From: a virus
Taxonomy: Duplodnaviria > Caudoviricetes
Strand: one strand, 5' to 3'
DNA: 60,264 nucleotides
Virus record (IMG/VR): IMGVR_UViG_3300035198_000074
Coordinates: 1 to 60,264 of that record
This document shows positions 1 through 8,969 of the stretch, one piece after another. Position 1 is the stretch's first letter; every line of letters starts with the position of its first letter. A model generated the notes under the pieces. It did no database searches. It saw only the letters and a list, made by a program, of their open reading frames with translations, and was not told where the DNA came from. A program made the translations under genes and the position numbers.

Positions 1-1
1 T

Positions 2-187
2 GATTATTTAGGATGCCAAGTAATTAGTTTCTATCTAATTTGTCCGAAGTGTAGAGTCATATTCAGGGGTGAGCCATATCCAGTGATGGAATTCCCAGCT
101 GGTGCATACAGGGTGTATCCGAAGACTTGCCCTAATTGTGATACGCCACTAACCCCTGTTCTTAATAAGCAAGAACCATTGGAATAA
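2..187 (+). CDS. 5'-truncated Zn-ribbon protein on the alternative upstream branch
   Basis: Open frame DYLGCQ...CPKC...CPNC...EPLE followed by TAATAA; not in the ORF track because it has no start codon. Confidence 0.6.
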   Translation, partial: DYLGCQVISFYLICPKCRVIFRGEPYPVMEFPAGAYRVYPKTCPNCDTPLTPVLNKQEPLE

Positions 188-202
188 TAAGAAAGGAGAA
201 AA

Positions 203-329
203 ATGGAAGCAAGTGAAATTGAACAAGCACGTAAGAAACAATACATTCACAAGCGTGCAGAGGACATTAGAGCAAGTTGGTTATTGTTCTGTCTGGTTGG
301 AATTCCCGTCTTAATTGTTTATCCTTTCT
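203..329 (+). repeat. 127-bp exact direct repeat of the window end (circular overlap)
   Basis: 203-329 is identical to 60138-60264; identity begins exactly at the ATG. Confidence 0.95.
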
Positions 330-385
330 TGCTTGTTTGGTATTGGATAAAGAACGATGAGGAGGAGCGAAATGAGTCTTTATAA
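203..385 (+). CDS. small membrane protein
   Basis: AAAGGAG RBS; one hydrophobic helix (WLLFCLVGIPVLIVYPFLLVWYW). Confidence 0.7.
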   Translation: MEASEIEQARKKQYIHKRAEDIRASWLLFCLVGIPVLIVYPFLLVWYWIKNDEEERNESL

Positions 386-791
386 CATGATGTTCGGAGT
401 TAACAAAATATATTCTATTTTATTGAAAGTGTTAAATTTGACACTTGAAGATATTGGTAGGTTCAGAAACGCTGTTGTTACAAAGAATGATGAAATAGCT
501 ATTTACACCAGATTGGGAGGTGGGAATAGAGAATATTATCAAGAAACTATTGCAAATCTTAGATCTCACCCAAATTATAAATACGATGAAGATGATGATT
601 TTGATTGCACGTATGCAACTTTTTACTTTTCAATACCAAAAGGTGCAGAATGGTTGAAAGTATTTAAAGAAGATTTTGAGCCTAATAAAAAGTGGAAAGA
701 AAAAATTGAAGAAATAAAGACAATGTCGAAGGAACAGATAGAGGAGAATTTTCCAGAAGTTGTAAAGGTGCTTAAAACACTTTTAGAGTGA
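372..791 (+). CDS. conserved phage hypothetical protein
   Basis: GAGGAG RBS before MSLYNM; motifs YTRLGGGNR and DDFDCTYATFYF. Confidence 0.7.
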   Translation: MSLYNMMFGVNKIYSILLKVLNLTLEDIGRFRNAVVTKNDEIAIYTRLGGGNREYYQETIANLRSHPNYKYDEDDDFDCTYATFYFSIPKGAEWLKVFKEDFEPNKKWKEKIEEIKTMSKEQIEENFPEVVKVLKTLLE

Positions 792-897
792 GGCAGGTTG
801 GTGGCGTTCTGTGGTCTGATAGCCTAATGAATGTCAGGACGGGAATACCGACTATCAGCGGAGACAAGTCTTGCCCGACCTACCTTATTGAAAGGAG
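789..897 (+). repeat. intergenic hairpin element, copy 4
   Basis: AGGCAGGTTGGTGGC...TTGCCCGACCTACCTTATTGAAAGGAG; starts at the stop codon and ends at the next RBS; inner CTGATAG/CTATCAG stem. Confidence 0.85.
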
Positions 898-903
898 AGA
901 AGA

Positions 904-1302
904 ATGAAAAGCGAAGAGATAAATCAAATTATAGCCTCTTGGGATGGAAAAGATAATTTGCCCTATGAATCATTTGGAGGTAAAGCGATACCCTATATAG
1001 GTTGGTTTTGGAGAGATGTTGATTTTGATAGCAATCATTGTTGGCTTGGAATTTTACCTATTTGTCAGGATGTATTAGATCCAAATGACAAAAGACGAGC
1101 TGGTTTTATGCAAAACAATAAATGGGGCTATGAAGAATATATTGTAGAAGGTGAAATTTGGAAAGAAATTAAAAGATTAATTGAAATCGCCGTTCAGAAC
1201 CCAACAAAAGAAAATTTAGAAGCAGTAGATAATTTTATTCAAGAAACATTACCTAAAGAAAAAGAGGCAGGTCGGTGGCGAAAGTCGCCAAGCGTTGAGT
1301 AG
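904..1302 (+). CDS. hypothetical protein
   Basis: 132-aa ORF with strong RBS. Confidence 0.7.
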   Translation: MKSEEINQIIASWDGKDNLPYESFGGKAIPYIGWFWRDVDFDSNHCWLGILPICQDVLDPNDKRRAGFMQNNKWGYEEYIVEGEIWKEIKRLIEIAVQNPTKENLEAVDNFIQETLPKEKEAGRWRKSPSVE

Positions 1303-1379
1303 CCAGAGCGAGAGGCTTATTAAAAGCTCTACGAGCAGGAGTTAAAGGCAGCCTGCCCGACCTGCCTAAATGAAAGGAG
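1264..1379 (+). repeat. intergenic hairpin element, copy 5
   Basis: Perfect 11-bp inverted arms AGGCAGGTCGG/CCGACCTGCCT, then AAATGAAAGGAG. Confidence 0.85.
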
Positions 1380-1389
1380 ATGATTTGGA

Positions 1390-1569
1390 ATGAAAGTAGA
1401 ATTTAAGAAACAAAGCATTGAAATCATTCCACAGAACGATCAAGATGAAGTCTATCTCGAATCGGTTTTAAACCTGCATAAAAAAGGTGATAAAGCTGTA
1501 GCAATACGAGTTGCACCAATGAATCTTGATCATGCATGGGCTTATCTCGAAATAAAGAAAAGTGAATAA
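1390..1569 (+). CDS. small hypothetical protein (MKVEFKKQ...)
   Basis: ATG after the element's RBS; 59-aa ORF below the track cutoff. Confidence 0.6.
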   Translation: MKVEFKKQSIEIIPQNDQDEVYLESVLNLHKKGDKAVAIRVAPMNLDHAWAYLEIKKSE

Positions 1570-1585
1570 AGTGAGGTGATGTGGA

Positions 1586-1780
1586 ATGAAAATTAAAATT
1601 ATAAAGAGTAGTAAGCAAGGATCCCCCTCTGAATATTTCTGCAAGAATTGTTTGCAGCTTAGATTATCGTTGACAGATGAAAAATCTAAATGTGGAAATT
1701 GTGGGAGCACTCGAATCATAAAGGGAGAAGTTGGGACTCTTAATAAAGCAAATTTAATTAGATTAACTATGATGGAGTAA
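1586..1780 (+). CDS. Zn-ribbon protein
   Basis: CKNC...CGNC; GAGGTG RBS. Confidence 0.6.
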   Translation: MKIKIIKSSKQGSPSEYFCKNCLQLRLSLTDEKSKCGNCGSTRIIKGEVGTLNKANLIRLTMME

Positions 1781-1955
1781 ATGTAAGATGAACGTTATTC
1801 AAGAATTAGAACAACTTGAGAAAGACAGACATAATTTAGGGCCTGACTTGACGTTGTATGCTCTAATTAAGATATTAATAAAATACTTCTCTTTGGAGGA
1901 GATAAAAGAAAGAGAACAAATAATCTTACCAGAAGGGTCAATAGATTCTTAAATT

Positions 1956-2864
1956 ATGCAAAAAAAGAAATTTACTGCCCAAGATGTAGATGACCTATGC
2001 CTTCCTACCTCCAAGCAATTGGAGACATTTGACGTTGAAATTGAGTGGGTAGTGGAGGGTATCATCCCCAAACACGCCAATACCATGATTTATTCCGAAG
2101 GGGGGGTTGGCAAGTCTCTTTTAATGCTCCAAATGGCTACAGCAGTAGCCAATGGCGAGGAAATATTTGGCCTAAAAGTGGAAAAAATGCCCGTAATTTA
2201 TATAGATTTCGAGAATCCATTGTCAATTGTCGTGGACAGGGTCCGGAAAATTGGGGGATCATCTAACCTAAAAGTATGGCATCTTGATAATATTCCTCCT
2301 CCTTACCGATTAGACACTGACAAGTGGGAGATTTATCGTGTATTTGACCCAGGACTGTTTATTATTGATTCCCTAAGGTCATCCCATAGGCTTGATGAAA
2401 ACTCTTCTCAGGACGTATCCTTGTTGATGGAGAGGCTAAAATTTATACGGGGAGGCGATTCTACCATCGTCCTAATACATAATGAGAGTAAAACGGGAGA
2501 TTTTAGGGGTAGCTCATCGCTTGCCGACCTATGCGATCAAGTGCTCATGTATGGATGTGTCGAGGAAGTTGGCAGTGAGCGGGAGATTTCAGTCGCCAAT
2601 ACAGTAAGCACAATCAGGAGGCTTGGGATTGGGGGGAAACATAGATTTGATACTCCCATTATTAAATTTCCCCTTTATTTGACGTTAAATGATAATGGAA
2701 AGCTCGAAAAGGCTGAATTTGAGGAAAGGTTATATCAATGTATGGAATTGTTTCAAGAAGGCATTCCCCAGGCTGAAATAGCAAAAATATTTGGAGTTAC
2801 GCAGCAGACTATTTCAAGGTGGCTTCAAAAAATTAAGAAACTACAGGATAAGTGTAAGCTTTAA
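1956..2864 (+). CDS. RecA-fold AAA (RepA/AAA_25-like) replicative helicase with C-terminal HTH
   Basis: Walker A YSEGGVGKS, Walker B FIIDS, LIHN and FRGSS motifs; C-terminal QAEIAKIFGVTQQTISRWL HTH. Confidence 0.8.
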   Translation: MQKKKFTAQDVDDLCLPTSKQLETFDVEIEWVVEGIIPKHANTMIYSEGGVGKSLLMLQMATAVANGEEIFGLKVEKMPVIYIDFENPLSIVVDRVRKIGGSSNLKVWHLDNIPPPYRLDTDKWEIYRVFDPGLFIIDSLRSSHRLDENSSQDVSLLMERLKFIRGGDSTIVLIHNESKTGDFRGSSSLADLCDQVLMYGCVEEVGSEREISVANTVSTIRRLGIGGKHRFDTPIIKFPLYLTLNDNGKLEKAEFEERLYQCMELFQEGIPQAEIAKIFGVTQQTISRWLQKIKKLQDKCKL

Positions 2865-3325
2865 AAAATATGTCTAAAATGCAATTTTTGGTTAAGCCTT
2901 GCGTCTCACGCCCTAACTTTCAAACAACTACTTTCCCTCAAAGGAAAGTAGTTGTAGTTAGGGTGTGAAGGTAACCCGTGAATTTTTTGTTTTATATATA
3001 TATAGGGGCCGTTGTAACGGCGTAGTTATTGAAATCATTAAGGAATTTAGGCAAGTTTCCAAAGTAGGCATGTGTAGGGTTTAAGCTATGGAAATTATTA
3101 ATGTTTTGGTCAATTTTCAAAAAGGGCTACACTTTGGTTTACACTTTGATGAGAAATTAGCCTACAATAGGACTACACTTAATTTTACAACGCTCAAGTG
3201 CTTGTATTTGTTCATTCTACAACAGGCTACACTTGATTTTACAATTTTAGGGTAAAAATGGCAATTTTATGTGTAAAAGCTGTTGTAAGGCCGTTGTAGC
3301 AAGTGTAAAAAAAGATAAATTTAAG
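2865..3325. promoter_or_regulatory. putative replication origin
   Basis: Non-coding, directly after the helicase; long inverted repeat 2906-2968 with perfect 13-bp core arms; (TA)n tract near 2992-3004; many TACAC/TACAA iterons in both orientations. Confidence 0.6.
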
Positions 3326-3452
3326 TGAAAGGAGGTAGGAATTGCATTAAGTTTTTACTGGACATTGTCCGCAGAAAGGAGGCAATTGCGTCTAAATTCA
3401 AAGCGTGTAGAAGGAAGTTTATCAATCCACAAAATTCAAAGGAGGAAGTATT

Positions 3453-4199
3453 ATGGCAAAAGAAGAATATGCAAGTTTTAGTAGTGAGGATGATTTCTCG
3501 GAAGGTGGGGGATTGATTCAGGGAAGGCTTAAATGGAACAATCCCAGGTTTGTGATTTTTGATTACAATGGCGCAGGACCAGAGACACCATCCTTTGCGG
3601 TGGATCTGGAGCCAGAAGATGGGGAAACGGTGACTCAGTATTGGTCATGCGGATCGCTTGACGAATGGATTCCATCAAAGGATGGGAAACGGCTTCTTAA
3701 GGTCGGGAGAATGTCCAAGTTGAGCAAGTCCTGTAAGTATTACCGACTATTGACCTCGCTTTGGGAAGCCAAATTCCCAAAGGATAAAATGGTTGATGAT
3801 GTATCGGTATTGGATGGCATGGTGTGTGATATGGTGCGAGTCCCTGACGTAGAGAGAAAGGGGCTTGAACCAAAAAAGGATAAGAAGTATGCCGCTGATG
3901 TCCTTGTGGTGGATGCCATTGTAACCTTGCCATGGGATCAAGAAGGTAGTAAGTCTGCTGGTGATGATTTGACATCCGAAGCCACTTCCATCATTTTGGA
4001 GATATTGCCAGATTATAAAAATGGCATTGCCAAAATGAAGCTTGCTGGCGAGGTATTCAATCGACTCAAGAAAACCCTTGGCACGGGCAAAGAATCCATG
4101 ACCAAAATTAACTCTATCGTTCAGTTGATCACGGCGAAAGATGAAGAGCTGCTGAAGTTGGGGCCATGGACGTATGAGAAAGGGATAATCAGTCAGTAA
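3453..4199 (+). CDS. putative ssDNA-binding / recombination protein
   Basis: Acidic N-terminus, aromatic beta-rich core, located next to the Sak4-like ATPase. Confidence 0.45.
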   Translation: MAKEEYASFSSEDDFSEGGGLIQGRLKWNNPRFVIFDYNGAGPETPSFAVDLEPEDGETVTQYWSCGSLDEWIPSKDGKRLLKVGRMSKLSKSCKYYRLLTSLWEAKFPKDKMVDDVSVLDGMVCDMVRVPDVERKGLEPKKDKKYAADVLVVDAIVTLPWDQEGSKSAGDDLTSEATSIILEILPDYKNGIAKMKLAGEVFNRLKKTLGTGKESMTKINSIVQLITAKDEELLKLGPWTYEKGIISQ

Positions 4200-4210
4200 T
4201 ATAGAATAGG

Positions 4211-4308
4211 GTTGGCGGCCAATAGATTTATCGTTGCCGACAGGTAAACAAGGGTTTATAGGAAGTAAGATCGGCATCTTATAAATTCCTTGGCTATTGG
4301 CCGTCAAC
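4211..4308 (+). other. structured intergenic RNA/DNA element
   Basis: 15-bp closing stem GTTGGCGGCCAATAG/CTATTGGCCGTCAAC with nested stems. Confidence 0.6.
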
Positions 4309-4321
4309 ACAAGAGGTTATC

Positions 4322-4594
4322 ATGAAAAAATATATTGATAAATGCTTAAAAAATGATCATTGGATTATCAAAAAAGTAGTAGATGAAAAAAGTAACCAAC
4401 TTCTTAAATGGGGCATCCAATCTCGTTCTTCATTTGAATGGCTAACTTATACTACTGAAGAACTTGGAGAATTAGCTAAAGCTATTGGGGAATATGAATA
4501 TCGAAATGGAACTAAAAATGATGTAGTGAAGAAAGCTATTCAGACAGCAACACTTGCCCTTACTATTGCAGAAATGTTTGAAATGGAAGATTAA
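4322..4594 (+). CDS. MazG-like all-alpha NTP pyrophosphohydrolase
   Basis: WG.Q...WL...TEELGELAKAI...AIQTA pattern. Confidence 0.65.
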   Translation: MKKYIDKCLKNDHWIIKKVVDEKSNQLLKWGIQSRSSFEWLTYTTEELGELAKAIGEYEYRNGTKNDVVKKAIQTATLALTIAEMFEMED

Positions 4595-4651
4595 ATAACC
4601 AATTACGGGGAGACTACTTAAGAAACATCTAAAAAATAGAAAGGAGTAATT

Positions 4652-5395
4652 ATGGCCATAATCAAAGGATTTGTAAAGGCAAAAAAGGATAGTAGGGCGA
4701 AGCGGTGTCTAATATCAGTCGAGGGCAAGGAAAGGACGGGGAAAACTACCTTTGGATTATCAGCGCCAGGCCCCCTTGTCTATCTTCCTCTCGATCCTGG
4801 TATGGAAGGAGTAATTGATAAGGTAATAGGCACAAAGGAGATTCTGCTGCCAATTAAAGAAAATGGGGACATTGAAACGTTTAACTATCGGGATGCAACT
4901 TCCCAAAAGGATTATGAGAGGCTATGGGAGAAATTTAAAGCTACCTATGAAATGGGGTTGGCGTCTAAAGAGGTTAAGAGTCTTGTGATTGATACAGGAA
5001 CTGAGGCTTGGGAATTAGTGCGATTAGCCAGACTTGGGAAGTTAACGCAGGTTATGCCCCATCATTATGGCCCTGTTAATGCCGAATTCCGAGACCTCAT
5101 TAAACGTGTCTATGAAACGGACAAGAACCTTATTATTATTCATAAAGTCAAGAAGGAATATGTAAATGATAAGGCAACAGGGGAAATGGAGCGTGCAGGA
5201 TTTAATGATATTGGCTATCTTGTTCAGATTAACCTTGTGACATGGTGGAGTCAGGAGGAAGGATTCGGAATGAGCGTAAAGGATTGTCGCCAGAACATGG
5301 ACATAGCAGGGAATAAGTATAATGAACCTATGAATACATTTCCATTTCTGGCTTCGCAAGTCTATCCCGATACCGATCCCGAAAACTGGGAGTAG
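4652..5395 (+). CDS. AAA_24 / Sak4-like ATPase
   Basis: GKERTGKTT Walker A, LVIDT Walker B, NLIIIHK. Confidence 0.75.
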   Translation: MAIIKGFVKAKKDSRAKRCLISVEGKERTGKTTFGLSAPGPLVYLPLDPGMEGVIDKVIGTKEILLPIKENGDIETFNYRDATSQKDYERLWEKFKATYEMGLASKEVKSLVIDTGTEAWELVRLARLGKLTQVMPHHYGPVNAEFRDLIKRVYETDKNLIIIHKVKKEYVNDKATGEMERAGFNDIGYLVQINLVTWWSQEEGFGMSVKDCRQNMDIAGNKYNEPMNTFPFLASQVYPDTDPENWE

Positions 5396-5430
5396 TTAGA
5401 CATAGGAAATGATAAGGACGAAAGGAGTAA

Positions 5431-5751
5431 GTGATGAAGTGTAGCTTCTGTGATATGGAGGCAGTAACTGGTGTTGGGCTTGCCTATTGCGAGGATCATC
5501 TTGGTAACTTTGAGTCTGGCTTCTTTGAGAAAGCGATTATTGGAAAGCTTAATGGTAAGGAGGAGCAAGAGAAGTTCTTTGTATGGGCCTTCGGGAGCGA
5601 AAAGCCTAAGTTGTCGGATTTGCAGAAATGGCATGATAGACTACCACGCAAGGAACGCCCGCATGGAAAACAAAATCAAGGTATTTATATGGAAGAGCAA
5701 GACACTTATATCCAAAGGATTTTGGAAATATATTTAAGGCCAGAAGTATGA
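5431..5751 (+). CDS. hypothetical protein with N-terminal Zn finger
   Basis: CSFC...YCEDH. Confidence 0.55.
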   Translation: MMKCSFCDMEAVTGVGLAYCEDHLGNFESGFFEKAIIGKLNGKEEQEKFFVWAFGSEKPKLSDLQKWHDRLPRKERPHGKQNQGIYMEEQDTYIQRILEIYLRPEV

Positions 5752-6482
5752 TATATGTTGATGATAGAGTAGGGAGTAAGGAACTTGCTGACTTGATAGA
5801 GGACAGTATCTTAGTGCACCTCGACTATGCCGATATTGCATTTGAGGGAAATGGGCCAAATGGAAAAGTCCAGATTGGTATTGAGCGAAAAACATGGGGA
5901 GACCTCATTAACTCCTTCAGGACAGGAAGACTCGTAGGACATCAGGTACAGGGGCTATTGGATAATTACCATAAAGTTTATCTGGTGTGTGAAGGCATTA
6001 TACGTGAGAACCAGAAGACAGGCGAGATAAATGAATGGAAGCATGGTAAATGGAAGAAGGTGGATTATTCTACATCAGAATCGGCAAGGAATAGATTTAA
6101 TTATTCGTCTATATGGAAACATTTGATTACACTGGAGAGTAAAGCAGGCATAGAATTGCGTTCTTCTTGGAATATGCAGGAGACTGCCCGGATGGCGGAA
6201 ATATTGTATGCCTGGTGGAGTAAGCCATGGGAAGCACATAAAAGTCATCTACAGCATTATAGCAGTATTCAGACTGCATTATTGCGACCCGATAAACCAT
6301 CCTGGCCAGTGCAGTTTGCCGCAAACCTGCCTGGATTTGGGTGGGATAGGGCGGTTAAGGCAGAAGCATATTTTGAAACTGTTCCCCGGATGATAGGTGC
6401 AAGTGAGCAAGAATGGAGAAAGGTAGAAGGGATAGGGAAGGTGTTGGCGAAAATGGCATGGGAAGCGTTGCATAAAGCATAA
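5748..6482 (+). CDS. ERCC4/XPF-type structure-specific nuclease with HhH
   Basis: VDDR, ADI...IERKTWGDL, C-terminal LPGFG and VEGIGK HhH motifs. Confidence 0.85.
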   Translation: MIYVDDRVGSKELADLIEDSILVHLDYADIAFEGNGPNGKVQIGIERKTWGDLINSFRTGRLVGHQVQGLLDNYHKVYLVCEGIIRENQKTGEINEWKHGKWKKVDYSTSESARNRFNYSSIWKHLITLESKAGIELRSSWNMQETARMAEILYAWWSKPWEAHKSHLQHYSSIQTALLRPDKPSWPVQFAANLPGFGWDRAVKAEAYFETVPRMIGASEQEWRKVEGIGKVLAKMAWEALHKA

Positions 6483-6500
6483 TATATAGGGAGGAAAACA

Positions 6501-6800
6501 ATGCAAGGTTATTATATCCATTTAGAGAACGGTGAATGGCAAAAGGTTAAGGGTCATAGAATTAAAATTGAAGGCTTTGAAGACCTTGATCTATTTTGCC
6601 ATAAAGAGGATAAGTATTATCATATTTCGGAAGGAAAGACAGGAATGGAAATTATTCCTGAATTTGGATTTTTAAAGATTGCTAAAGAATGTGCTCAACA
6701 TGCTCTAATAAAAGCAAAGAAAAAAGGTGTATTGGATAAGGCAATAAGCAGGTCCATCAAACAATATGGGTTATCTCCAAGATGGAGGAAAAAAGTCTAA
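6501..6800 (+). CDS. hypothetical protein
   Basis: GGAGG RBS; ISEGKTG motif. Confidence 0.6.
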   Translation: MQGYYIHLENGEWQKVKGHRIKIEGFEDLDLFCHKEDKYYHISEGKTGMEIIPEFGFLKIAKECAQHALIKAKKKGVLDKAISRSIKQYGLSPRWRKKV

Positions 6801-6951
6801 TAAATTCACAGGAGGTGACAATATGAGAAATTGGAATTGGGGTCTGATAATTATGGTCGGTTGTTTACTGGCATTTTGGGGTTGGGTAGCTACTCAGTTA
6901 ATTCCTTTTGCCTTAAAAATTAGCAGGATGTTCTAATGAAAGGAGTTTGCC

Positions 6952-7191
6952 ATGACTAATTTCGATGAAGGTAGTTACAAAAAGTGTCCATGTTGCGGTG
7001 AATTATACTTTGTGCCAGAAGGGCCCTTATGCGATTGCTGGGAATGCTCAAACTGTGGGGAGTGGTTCTCAGATTTTGACATGCTTGCCAATAGAAATGA
7101 GTGGCTATGTTTGTATTGCGAAGATGAGAGATATCAGGAAGAAATGAAAGTTGCCAGTAGTGATTGGGTCGATAAACTTTGCGACTGTTAA
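6952..7191 (+). CDS. Cys-rich Zn-ribbon protein
   Basis: Several CxxC pairs; AAAGGAG RBS. Confidence 0.6.
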   Translation: MTNFDEGSYKKCPCCGELYFVPEGPLCDCWECSNCGEWFSDFDMLANRNEWLCLYCEDERYQEEMKVASSDWVDKLCDC

Positions 7192-7382
7192 AACAACCTA
7201 AGAGGAGGTAAGTAAAATGAAGCCCAAAAGGAAGTATGTGGTGCTTGAGGTGGAGACAAATTTAACTAATAAAGAACTAAAAAATAGAGAATTATGGAAA
7301 CAGACGTTGGAGGAAGAACCTACATTTTACAGAACTACATTGATTCAGATTCAAGTAAATACTGTAAAGCCTATAAAATAAG

Positions 7383-7700
7383 ATGGAGACAACAATGAAT
7401 GTAGATGCATTTAAGAAACAATATGGAGAACAATATCTCCACGAATTATTCAAGCATGACATAATTGCAGAGACTATCCAGGCCATTAACCGAATCTATA
7501 TTCCCTATACTCTTAAATGGATTATTCAAAAGAAGCCAAAGGTATGGAGACAGATTAGGGAGATTGAGGAAGGAATAAATGTAGCGGTGATGTGTGAAGA
7601 TGAAGAATATTTGAAGGTAGAATTAGACCTTTATTATCATGCATGGGGAGATGCCATTATGGAGTTTGATGCAGGGGGAAGGAGATACGTGCCATTTTAG
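7383..7700 (+). CDS. hypothetical protein
   Basis: 105-aa ORF near the end of the + arm. Confidence 0.55.
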   Translation: METTMNVDAFKKQYGEQYLHELFKHDIIAETIQAINRIYIPYTLKWIIQKKPKVWRQIREIEEGINVAVMCEDEEYLKVELDLYYHAWGDAIMEFDAGGRRYVPF

Positions 7701-7798
7701 GCGAGATTATATGAACCATTCACTAATGTTGGCAATTATATTAACAATAGTTACACTTTGGTTGGGAGTAGTCTTGGCTTGGTGGATATATATACTAT

Positions 7799-8116
7799 TC
7801 ATGCTGTCGTAACTGGTATCTTCTTACGGGAGACTTTCTTCTTCGGCCTGATTATTCGCCAGATGAACCTTGGCCATCGCATGGCTATCGCACGTGTAGC
7901 AATTACACTTCCCGCAATATAGGAGAGGGAAAACGGAAGGTAGAAGAGGTCCACCACAAGTAGGGCAAGAGCCAGAAGTCCCAGAGATTCGTCCAGCCCA
8001 TCGAGTATCATGGAGATATTCCCTCGTTTGCTGAGGGTAGTGAAAGTCCCCAACCTCACGAGGTAGGTTTCCATGAACTTGGAAGAGAAAATGATCAGCA
8101 TCCAGAGGAATATCAC
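7799..8116 (-). CDS. small integral membrane protein (DUF5698/UPF0316-like)
   Basis: Three hydrophobic segments, YIAGSVIAT, basic tail; last gene of the - arm. Confidence 0.5.
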   Translation of the reverse strand: MIFLWMLIIFSSKFMETYLVRLGTFTTLSKRGNISMILDGLDESLGLLALALLVVDLFYLPFSLSYIAGSVIATRAIAMRWPRFIWRIIRPKKKVSRKKIPVTTA

Positions 8117-8167
8117 TTGTCATCCTTTACTTATTCCCTTTCTTAATCATCTATTATGCATCACTGC

Positions 8168-8506
8168 CTAATTTACTATGCATCGCTTCTCCCACTGGAG
8201 AATGACATTCTTAAATGTCTTGGGTTCAATGTAAATTGCCTTAACAGGCTTGTCTAAAGCAATGCACATTCCCAGATCGAACATTGTGCCAAATGAGCGC
8301 TGATCCCAGAACAGATGCACTTCATCAGCCCATTGTACAAGACTTTTATTATATAGGCAGATACCAAGCTCGACATCGCCCTCACCATAACCATCATCAT
8401 CATCGAAAGCGGGGAGGCGAACCTCATGTCCTTTTGCTTCTAATTCTCTTTTATGCATTAACATGCGAACCAAGTAACTTGTAGTGCCTATAATAGCTAC
8501 TTTCAT
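8168..8506 (-). CDS. nucleoside 2-deoxyribosyltransferase-like protein
   Basis: GHEVRLP, ADEVHLFWD..S.GTMFDLGM..AL.KP. Confidence 0.65.
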   Translation of the reverse strand: MKVAIIGTTSYLVRMLMHKRELEAKGHEVRLPAFDDDDGYGEGDVELGICLYNKSLVQWADEVHLFWDQRSFGTMFDLGMCIALDKPVKAIYIEPKTFKNVILQWEKRCIVN

Positions 8507-8522
8507 ATAACTATCTCCTTTC

Positions 8523-8726
8523 TTAAGGCTTCATAAATACCAATTCCTGTATTGGCTTTACTCCCCATTGCACTTTTAATTGACGTAAATCTAATTCAGC
8601 ATCTTGGATATCTTCTTTATGGCGTTGTATCTCGTTCCAAAGGAAATTGCAAAGAGCTTGAGCTTCATCCTTGTTTTGGCAGTGTTTAATAGCTACACCT
8701 CGGCCTTCCACTGACTTCAATGCCAT
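8523..8726 (-). CDS. hypothetical protein
   Basis: In operon, with RBS. Confidence 0.55.
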   Translation of the reverse strand: MALKSVEGRGVAIKHCQNKDEAQALCNFLWNEIQRHKEDIQDAELDLRQLKVQWGVKPIQELVFMKP

Positions 8727-8729
8727 TAT

Positions 8730-8969
8730 CTATTTCTCCCCTTCATGGTATTTGCCATCTGTCATTGATCTCTCGTCTATCTCGATTTTGTTAAGCGGAG
8801 CAAAATCAGAGCCAAGTATCCAGCACGTAAGGCGAAGAGCAAAATAAGAAGAGTCAATATTGTATGAATTGACATGATTCTCGAATGCTTCAATCGCCTT
8901 CTCCAACGCCTCGAATACAATTTGCTTATCGGATTTTTCTTCTTCTATTTTTTTATTAACTTTCCCCAT
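8730..8969 (-). CDS. hypothetical protein
   Basis: Overlaps the upstream gene, in operon. Confidence 0.55.
   Translation of the reverse strand: MGKVNKKIEEEKSDKQIVFEALEKAIEAFENHVNSYNIDSSYFALRLTCWILGSDFAPLNKIEIDERSMTDGKYHEGEK

Noticed and set aside
1264-1379. Hairpin elements as tRNA genes
   Set aside because: GGTCGG/CCGACC and GCAGG/CCTGC recall acceptor and T stems, but there is no TTCRA loop, no consistent anticodon arm and no CCA. I recognised no tRNA in the window.
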